21,356 nucleotides of DNA from the NCBI GenBank assembly GCA_038740615.1, contig JAVYLQ010000006.1, positions 1-21,356 on the forward strand. The letters run 5' to 3'. Origin of the DNA: Candidatus Anstonellales archaeon. Lineage in GTDB: Archaea; Micrarchaeota; Micrarchaeia; Anstonellales; J096. Numbering within the stretch: position 1 is the first letter of the stretch; every line of letters starts with the position of its first letter. This document shows, one piece after another, positions 15,123 through 21,356 of the stretch. The translations under genes and the position numbers were made by a program. The notes under the pieces are model-generated. The model was not told the DNA's origin, ran no database searches, and saw only the letters and a program-made list of their open reading frames with translations.

Positions 15123-16898
15123 ATGGCACTATTCACCAGAGAAGATAGAGTATTGGTGATAAACAACAAACCAGATTATATCCAGAGAATTCTAGACTAT
15201 GATTATATCATAGGTAGAGCACCTTCTGTTGTAGGGATAGTACATAATGAAAATGGAATGGAAAAGTTATTTTATGGTTCTAAAGAGATATTAATACCAA
15301 TTTACAATGATCTAAATACCGCTCTAAATACACTTAATCCAACAGTAGTTGTGAATCTAGCTTCATACAGATCTGCTAGAGCCCCATCTGAATTAGTACT
15401 AAAGTACCCAAGCGTTAGAGTATTGGTAATAGTAGCTGAGGGAATACCAGAAAGAGATATGAAGGAACTTATAAGAATTGCTAAGGATAACCAGAAGATC
15501 ATCATAGGTCCTGCTACTTTTGGAGCAATTACAGTAGGAGCTCTAAGAGCAGGGGTTGTAGGGGGTGATTATAGTAATATCCTAAAGAGCAGATTGTATT
15601 CTCCTGGTTCTGTTGGTGTTATTACTAGAAGTGGAGGGTTGTTGAATGAAATGTTTAGGATAGTTGCTAGAAACAGTAATGGAGTAAGGGAAGGAGTTGC
15701 TATAGGCGGAGATGTATTTCCTGGCTCTACTATGCTGGAGCATATCCTTAGAATGGAACAGGATCCAGATATAGATCTAATAGTAGCTGTTAGTGAAATA
15801 GGGGGTAAGGAAGAGTATGAGATAGCTAGAATGGTTCAGGAGGGGAAGATTAGAAAACCTCTGATAATGTGGGTGGTTGGAATATCTGCAGAACTATTTC
15901 CTTGGAAAGTTCAATTCGGACATGCTGCAGCAAAAGCTAATACTATTATGGAAGGAGCTAGGGAGAAGATGAGGGTTTTAAGAGATGCTGGGGTTATCGT
16001 ACCTGAAAGATTTGGAGATTTGGAGAATGTGATAAGAGATATATCTAATAAATTAGGATTATCATCTCATGAATTCAAATACAACCCTCTACCTATGGAT
16101 TTCAAAAGAGCTGTGAATGAAAACATAGTTAGAAGACCTACATCAATAGTATCTAGCATATCCAAGGAGATCGATGGGGAAATTGCTTATAATGGTATAA
16201 AAGTATCTGATCTCATGGAAGGGGATATTACAGATGTAATAGGTTTATTATGGTACAAACGTAGATTATCTGATAGATTCAAGAAATTCCTTAATATGAG
16301 TATTATCCTACTAGCAGATCACGGTCCAAATGTCTCTGGAGCTCATAACGCAATAGTAGCCTCTAGAGCTGGAAAAGATATAGTAAGTTCTCTAGCTTCA
16401 GGAATACTAACGATAGGACCTAGATTTGGAGGAGCCATAGATGATGCCATGAGATATTTTTACGATGCAGTAAATAGAGGTATAACTCCTGTACAGTTTG
16501 TAGAGGAAATGAGAAAGAAAGGTATAAACATACCTGGAATAGGACACAGAGTCAAGTCGAAATACAATCCTGATAGGAGAGTAGAGATATTGAAAAAGTT
16601 TGCTCAGGATAATTTGAAAATACGTAAGTATTTAAATTTTGCCATGGAGGTGGAGAAGGAGACTTTGAAAAAATCTGAGAGATTGATATTGAATGTAGAT
16701 GGGGCCATAGCCGCAATTCTTCTGGATCTAATGGAAGAGGATGGTTTTAATGATATTCAAGATATAGTTCAGATCGGATATGGTAATGCTATATTTATAG
16801 TGGCCAGATCTATAGGTATTATAGGGCACATTATTGATCAGAAACGATTGAAACAACCATTATATAGACATCCTGATGATGATGTATATCTAATCTAA
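15123..16898 (+). CDS. aclA: ATP-citrate lyase large subunit (SCS-alpha-like plus citryl-CoA lyase domain)
   Basis: IQRILDYDY, ASYRSA, IVAEGIPE, IIGPATFG, TRSGGLLNE, AIGGDVFPGS, phospho-His motif QFGHA, ADHGPNVSGAHN, TIGPRFGGAIDDA, IPGIGHRVKS, ILNVDG, LYRHPDDDV. Confidence 0.93.
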   Translation: MALFTREDRVLVINNKPDYIQRILDYDYIIGRAPSVVGIVHNENGMEKLFYGSKEILIPIYNDLNTALNTLNPTVVVNLASYRSARAPSELVLKYPSVRVLVIVAEGIPERDMKELIRIAKDNQKIIIGPATFGAITVGALRAGVVGGDYSNILKSRLYSPGSVGVITRSGGLLNEMFRIVARNSNGVREGVAIGGDVFPGSTMLEHILRMEQDPDIDLIVAVSEIGGKEEYEIARMVQEGKIRKPLIMWVVGISAELFPWKVQFGHAAAKANTIMEGAREKMRVLRDAGVIVPERFGDLENVIRDISNKLGLSSHEFKYNPLPMDFKRAVNENIVRRPTSIVSSISKEIDGEIAYNGIKVSDLMEGDITDVIGLLWYKRRLSDRFKKFLNMSIILLADHGPNVSGAHNAIVASRAGKDIVSSLASGILTIGPRFGGAIDDAMRYFYDAVNRGITPVQFVEEMRKKGINIPGIGHRVKSKYNPDRRVEILKKFAQDNLKIRKYLNFAMEVEKETLKKSERLILNVDGAIAAILLDLMEEDGFNDIQDIVQIGYGNAIFIVARSIGIIGHIIDQKRLKQPLYRHPDDDVYLI

Positions 16899-17396
16899 TC
16901 TCCTAGCCTTTCCATCACTCACCATCCATTCAGCCTCCTCTGGTTCAATCTCAATAATCTCACCAACTTTATAAGGACCTCTCTTATTACCAGAGATATC
17001 AAAATACTCCTGAATATCCTGTGTAATTTCCACCTTAACAGTCTTTTTCACATCTAAGAATTTGCTCCGATACTCAGATATCAATTCCTTCATGGCCTGG
17101 TAGAATCGATATTCCTCCTCAGTAAGAGATTCTTTGAACAATTCTCTATCATTTAACACCATCATACCTATCTTAGCCATCCTAATACGAATCAATTTGG
17201 AAAAAGATTCATAGATTATCTGATATTGCCTATCATATACCACATCTATATCTCTGTATTTGCTCAGCTCTTGGAGAATATTCTGAGCTTGCTTATAAAT
17301 AGTCTCATCTATTTTCTCCAAGCCCCTACTATTTTCCCCATCTATCAACTCATGGAGCTTTATGATTAGATTCTTTATAGCATTCTGATCTATCAT
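16890..17396 (-). CDS. GINS subunit, Gins51 type (A-domain then B-domain)
   Basis: Helical A-domain (LEKIDETIYK, LIRIRMAKI, LTEEEYRFY) followed by beta B-domain (VKVEITQDIQEYFDISGNKRGPYKVGEIIEI..AEWMVSDGKA). Confidence 0.85.
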   Translation of the reverse strand: MIDQNAIKNLIIKLHELIDGENSRGLEKIDETIYKQAQNILQELSKYRDIDVVYDRQYQIIYESFSKLIRIRMAKIGMMVLNDRELFKESLTEEEYRFYQAMKELISEYRSKFLDVKKTVKVEITQDIQEYFDISGNKRGPYKVGEIIEIEPEEAEWMVSDGKARRLD

Positions 17397-18640
17397 TTGC
17401 TTCGAGAAGTGTCTATTAGTCTTTTCAATTCTTCCTGCAACAATCTCTTTCTATTTTCCAACTCTTTCTGTTCCTCATCTATCTCCTTGACTCTCTGCTC
17501 CACATCTAATATATAATTCTCCAATTCACTTATATACTTATCCAAAATTTCTCTCTGAGCTTTAGATTTTATATTCTGAGCGTTATTCTGGATTTCTAAG
17601 ATATTTGCCTTTATACTCTCAATCCTATTCAAGAGCTCTTCTCTCTGTTGTTCCATACTCGCTATTTTCTGCTCATATTCAACACTCATTTTATTATATC
17701 CACTATATTTGCGGTTGAGTTCATCTAGTTTAGAGTTCAATTCATCCAACTTGGATTCAAGTTTAGAGTATCTAGTATCCAACTTTACCAGAGATGCTTC
17801 TAAGGCCTCTATCTGAGCTTTCAAACTCTCAGTTCTTGCTTCAAGATCTTTTTTCTGCTCAACTAATTTGGTTTTCTGCTCCTTCAGATCTTCAATATCC
17901 TCAAGTACAGATTCTATTTCCCTTAGATCCGATATATACGCTTTCTTTATCTCCTTGTATAATGACTTTAGTTCCTCCAATCTAGTGTTAAAATTACCAA
18001 TATCATTCTTATAGTTCTCAACCATGCTTTTCATATTCTCTAAACCATTAAGTATACTATCCAGTTCCTGATCTATTCTAGGTACTGTATTAGAGATATT
18101 ATCAGATAACCCAAGGAGATTTTCCTCTAGATCAATTATGAAATCACTTAGATTGTTTATCACCTGATCACTCTCATTCTTTAGGAATTCTAATCTCTCC
18201 CTAATGATTTCTACTCTCTGCCTATCTAAATTCATAATTTCTCTTTTAAGCTGAATAATTCTCTTCAGCACATCAGAACTTTGCTCTCTTCTCACTTCTA
18301 CTCTGGCTTCACTCCTTCTGGTCTCCTGTTTTGGCAGTTCCTGAGGTTTATCCTGCTTAGTCTCCTCTCCTTTCTGTTCAGTATCCTCCTCTTTTCGTCT
18401 CTTTCTCTTTTTCTCAGGTTCTTCTTGAGTAATCTGTTCAGGCATCTTTACAAATTTTATAAATGTACCTGATAATTTACTCTGAATTTTCACATACCCA
18501 TTACTCTCCAGTATTAAAATCCACTCCTTAACCTTATCAACATTCTCATTCAAAAGATTTGCTAATTCCACTAACTCTACTGTTCCTCTATCCTTTAGTA
18601 AACTTAATAATTGATCAATTTTTGTATTTACATCAGTCAT
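17393..18640 (-). CDS. N-terminal winged-helix plus charged linker plus long coiled-coil protein (415 aa)
   Basis: TKIDQLLSLLKDRGTVELVELANLLNENVDKVKEWILILESNGYVKI (wHTH pattern), KKRKRRK linker, then about 290 aa of heptad-like E/K/L sequence. Start placed at ATG 18640 because of the ATGA overlap with rpl10e. Confidence 0.8.
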   Translation of the reverse strand: MTDVNTKIDQLLSLLKDRGTVELVELANLLNENVDKVKEWILILESNGYVKIQSKLSGTFIKFVKMPEQITQEEPEKKRKRRKEEDTEQKGEETKQDKPQELPKQETRRSEARVEVRREQSSDVLKRIIQLKREIMNLDRQRVEIIRERLEFLKNESDQVINNLSDFIIDLEENLLGLSDNISNTVPRIDQELDSILNGLENMKSMVENYKNDIGNFNTRLEELKSLYKEIKKAYISDLREIESVLEDIEDLKEQKTKLVEQKKDLEARTESLKAQIEALEASLVKLDTRYSKLESKLDELNSKLDELNRKYSGYNKMSVEYEQKIASMEQQREELLNRIESIKANILEIQNNAQNIKSKAQREILDKYISELENYILDVEQRVKEIDEEQKELENRKRLLQEELKRLIDTSRSK

Positions 18641-19161
18641 TTTACCTTTACAACCTTCCAAGAACCGGATAATTTTCTGGAGGCTTTTCTCAGAGCTTCA
18701 TGAGCTAGTTTCATATCATCAGAAGCTAGATATAATGAAAAGATTGCTTCTCCTTTCTTGACAGATGCCCCCCTATCTACAGGCTTACCAAAAGATCTAC
18801 GCATTCCCTTCTGAATTCTATCAGCTCCTGCACCTGCCAACATTCTATTTTCTCTGAGTATAACATGCGGATATTTTCTTACAATCAGTAAAAATTTCCC
18901 AGGTATCTTAGATTCTAAATACTTAACGATAGTTTGTCTTGCAGCTTCTATTGCATTATCTCTGTGTAAATACGTCTGTTCAGCAACTAGATCGTACTGA
19001 ATACTGTAATTTTCCGCATTTCCCGTACCATTCAATATCTGTCTTAGATCCATGTGAGGAAGAGCTTTAACATAACTCTTAGACATATTCTTCCTACTCC
19101 ACCTAGTCCAAGCTTGTTTGTAAACTCTATTTCTAACTGTTCTAGCTGGTCTCAATCCCAT
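18637..19161 (-). CDS. rpl10e: 50S ribosomal protein uL16 (L10e)
   Basis: MGLRPAR, RDNAIEAAR, RKYPHVILREN, GAGADRIQKGMRRSFGKP, EALRKASRKL. Confidence 0.96.
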   Translation of the reverse strand: MGLRPARTVRNRVYKQAWTRWSRKNMSKSYVKALPHMDLRQILNGTGNAENYSIQYDLVAEQTYLHRDNAIEAARQTIVKYLESKIPGKFLLIVRKYPHVILRENRMLAGAGADRIQKGMRRSFGKPVDRGASVKKGEAIFSLYLASDDMKLAHEALRKASRKLSGSWKVVKVK

Positions 19162-19167
19162 GATGTT

Positions 19168-19623
19168 CTATTCTTTAGAAGATTTTAAAAGTTTAATGTT
19201 TTTAGCAGGAATATCTATAGGAACTATTGTTGGGAGATCTATAGGGATTACAGTGTATAGATTTTTATCAGAACTGATTGCTGTAACCTTGGCCTTTTCC
19301 CCTGCAAAAGGTCCTCTGATTATTTCAACAATATCGCCAACATTTATCACTTCTTTCTCCTCATTTAGTAGTTTGTTCAAAATCTTATCCAGTTCTTGCT
19401 CAGAGATAGTCAACAGTTCTGATCTAGGTTTTACTCCCTTAACTCCAGCTATGGCCTTTTTAATAACATCATCATTCTTAGCCTCTATTACAAGATATCC
19501 TCGAATCTTAGGATCTAAATATATGGAGTACACTCCTTCAATTCTCTCATCTCTAATACGCTTTTCAATAAGTTTTGCAATTATGTGTGCATCCCTAACA
19601 ACAACAGGGATTAGGTATATCAT
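19168..19623 (-). CDS. spt5: Transcription elongation factor Spt5 (NGN plus KOW)
   Basis: RGYLVIEA in the NGN domain; KOW GDIVEIIRGPFAGEKAKV; conserved position after secE. Confidence 0.92.
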   Translation of the reverse strand: MIYLIPVVVRDAHIIAKLIEKRIRDERIEGVYSIYLDPKIRGYLVIEAKNDDVIKKAIAGVKGVKPRSELLTISEQELDKILNKLLNEEKEVINVGDIVEIIRGPFAGEKAKVTAISSDKNLYTVIPIDLPTIVPIDIPAKNIKLLKSSKE

Positions 19624-19829
19624 ACCAATCTCACCACAAGATCTAATATTATAGATAGTATCGTTATAACTATACCAAAACTCCCGACTATAAAAGTTAT
19701 GAAAATTATTTGATTGAATAGAGATGTAACTTGCTGTTGCTCAGGCTTCCTAACTTTCCTGTATATTGATATCATACTATCTACTTCACGATGGATAGCA
19801 TTCTGAATATCTCTAAAGTTAAAATTCAT
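19620..19829 (-). CDS. secE: Protein translocase subunit SecE/Sec61-gamma
   Basis: Amphipathic helix, KVRKP hinge, single TM with GSFG; lies between ftsZ and spt5 with ATGA overlaps. Confidence 0.82.
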   Translation of the reverse strand: MNFNFRDIQNAIHREVDSMISIYRKVRKPEQQQVTSLFNQIIFITFIVGSFGIVITILSIILDLVVRLV

Positions 19830-20917
19830 ATCTTTTCTATACCCAACACGTCTTTTATGTTCTGATTCTGTTCATCATAGAAATCATTTGGTAAAGTGAC
19901 CCCTGCTAATACTACTAACACTCTTATAGATGATTTCTTCATCTCTGGCTCTACTCTAGCTCCATATATTATGTGTGCATTTGGACTTATCCTCTTCTTA
20001 GTCTCATCAACTATGAAATTGACTTCTTGCAGCATAAGATCTTCTCCCCCTATTATGTTTATCAGAGCCCTATCTGCTGTAGAGATATCAATATCTAACA
20101 GAGGATTGGACAGAGCGGTTTCTATTGCAAGCTTTGCTCTCTCCTCTCTGCTACCTTCTAATGCAGACTCACCTATAGCTATAGCAGCATAACCACCATT
20201 CTTAAGAACAGTAGTTAGATCTGCAAAATCAACGTTTATCAATCCTGCTTTTACAGACATCTCTGCTATGGTTTTGACAGATCTAGCCAATACTTCATCA
20301 GCTATCTTGAATGCTTTATCCAGAGGTAAATCTTTTGCAATATCTAATAATCTATCATTCTTTATTATGATCAAAGTATCTACATTCTGTTTCAATTTTT
20401 TTATACCAGAAATAGCATTATCCATTCTAACTTTTCCCTCTGATTGGAACGGTAATGTTACTACTCCAACAGTCAGAGCACCCACATCCTGTTTTGCTAT
20501 TTTAGCTATTACAGGTAGAGCTCCTGTACCAGTACCACCTCCCATACCACATGTGAGGAATACAAGATCAGCTCCATTAAGAACTTCTTTGACCTTTGCT
20601 GCAGTTTCCTGTGCAGCTTTCTCTCCACACTCAGGATTGCTACCACACCCTCTTCCTTTAGTTAGTTGCTGACCTATCAGGATTTTCCTGTGAGCTTTGA
20701 TCTTTATTAGATGTTTTGCATCTGTATTTGCAGCTACCAGAGTTACATTAGATGCTGGTCTGAATTCAAATAATCTATTTATTGTGTTTGAACCTCCTCC
20801 TCCTGCACCTACCACAAAAATTCTCTCCTGTTCTTGCTCTATGAGCTTCAGAATCTCCTCATCATCCTTTGATATTACTTCCTGATCAAGTATTAATTCC
20901 TCTTTTTCATCAGCCAT
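19826..20917 (-). CDS. ftsZ: Cell division protein FtsZ (FtsZ1-type context)
   Basis: VVGAGGGGSN, AANTD, GGGTGTG, TLPFQSEG..R, NDRLL, T7 loop GLINVDFAD. SD GGTGA at 20923-20927 supports ATG 20917. TATA TTTTAAAA at 20953-20960. Confidence 0.97.
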   Translation of the reverse strand: MADEKEELILDQEVISKDDEEILKLIEQEQERIFVVGAGGGGSNTINRLFEFRPASNVTLVAANTDAKHLIKIKAHRKILIGQQLTKGRGCGSNPECGEKAAQETAAKVKEVLNGADLVFLTCGMGGGTGTGALPVIAKIAKQDVGALTVGVVTLPFQSEGKVRMDNAISGIKKLKQNVDTLIIIKNDRLLDIAKDLPLDKAFKIADEVLARSVKTIAEMSVKAGLINVDFADLTTVLKNGGYAAIAIGESALEGSREERAKLAIETALSNPLLDIDISTADRALINIIGGEDLMLQEVNFIVDETKKRISPNAHIIYGARVEPEMKKSSIRVLVVLAGVTLPNDFYDEQNQNIKDVLGIEKI

Positions 20918-20989
20918 TCTATTCACCTTCTAATAGTTATTGATGGGTTATATTTTAAAAGTTAATGTATCGTAATTTTTATGATAGAA

Positions 20990-21016
20990 CACTAAAATTT
21001 TAAAACACTTTTAGTG
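20990..21016 (+). promoter_or_regulatory. TATA box enclosed by an 8-bp inverted repeat
   Basis: CACTAAAA (20990-20997), TTTTAAAA (20998-21005), TTTTAGTG (21009-21016), then ATG at 21027. Confidence 0.5.
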
Positions 21017-21026
21017 ATATATAATT

Positions 21027-21356
21027 ATGATTGAATCCATACCATTTCTCGAACAGAATTCTGTGCTAGATAAGTTAAAACTACTTAATCCAACTGTAGA
21101 GAGAAAAGTTAGAGAAGAAATAGGAAAGGTCTTGGACGGTCAGGTAGATAGAGTTAGATTGAATTTAGGTTCAGATAGTATTAGAAGATTAAACGAATGG
21201 ATTCAGCAGAATGACCTTCCACTGGAGATTATAAGAACAGGATTTAAATATTCAAATGGTACTGAGGATATTATAGTAAGACGAACAGGTAAGGGAAAAA
21301 TTGCAACCGAATCTAAAGAGAGTACTCTAGAATCGATTAATTCTCTAGTTGGATCG
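21027..21356 (+). CDS. Hypothetical protein, 5' part only (runs off the window; absent from the ORF track)
   Basis: 110 open codons, MIESIPFLEQNSVLDKLKLLNPTVERKVREEIGK.., with no stop before the window end. TATA about 21 bp upstream. Confidence 0.7.
   Translation, partial: MIESIPFLEQNSVLDKLKLLNPTVERKVREEIGKVLDGQVDRVRLNLGSDSIRRLNEWIQQNDLPLEIIRTGFKYSNGTEDIIVRRTGKGKIATESKESTLESINSLVGS

Noticed and set aside
17393..18640. SMC/Rad50 or CdvA call for the coiled-coil protein
   Set aside because: No Walker A/B, signature motif, hinge or zinc hook. The N-terminus looks helical (wHTH), not a PRC barrel.
19160..20885. Plus-strand ORFs 19160-19654, 19896-20192, 20268-20672 and 20697-20885
   Set aside because: Antisense shadows of spt5 and ftsZ with Ser/Phe/Ile-rich composition and no motifs. 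The same applies to the shadow ORFs over radA, herA, rpl11, PAC2, pus10, ORF 11278, aclA and the coiled-coil gene.
1..21356. CRISPR array, IS element or provirus
   Set aside because: No regularly spaced repeats, transposase, integrase or capsid-like ORFs; intergenic gaps are under about 150 bp.

Overview
AT-rich, very compact archaeal chromosome segment made mostly of core genes. It shows archaeal TATA boxes, GGTGA ribosome-binding sites, ATGA-coupled operons and convergent gene overlaps. The stand-alone, divergent 23S rRNA, scrambled ribosomal operons and shortened proteins suggest a DPANN (possibly Micrarchaeota-like) genome; this is an inference. Contents in order: tRNA-Leu(GAG); mevalonate kinase; a minus-strand run (GGGP synthase, HerA-like ATPase, GNAT, small basic repeat protein, DUF736-like protein, RadA, NMD3, membrane protein, Hjc); rpl11; a surface protein; DUF2892; a PAC2/Pba protein; a TPR-like protein; Pus10; a hypothetical protein; an unlinked 23S rRNA; the large subunit of ATP-citrate lyase; and an ftsZ-secE-spt5-rpl10e-[wHTH/coiled-coil]-gins operon. 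I saw no CRISPR array, transposase or integrase. The best candidates for new biology are: the wHTH plus long coiled-coil protein coupled between rpl10e and GINS in the ftsZ operon; substitutions at near-invariant peptidyl-transferase-centre positions (apparent A2503C, C2499A, A2448G); a long 23S processing stem with no canonical bulge-helix-bulge; a tandem-repeat basic protein next to a GNAT; a DUF736-like gene coupled to radA; and an orphan ATP-citrate lyase subunit in a genome that encodes lipid-synthesis enzymes. All family assignments are from motif recognition by eye; no database searches were run.
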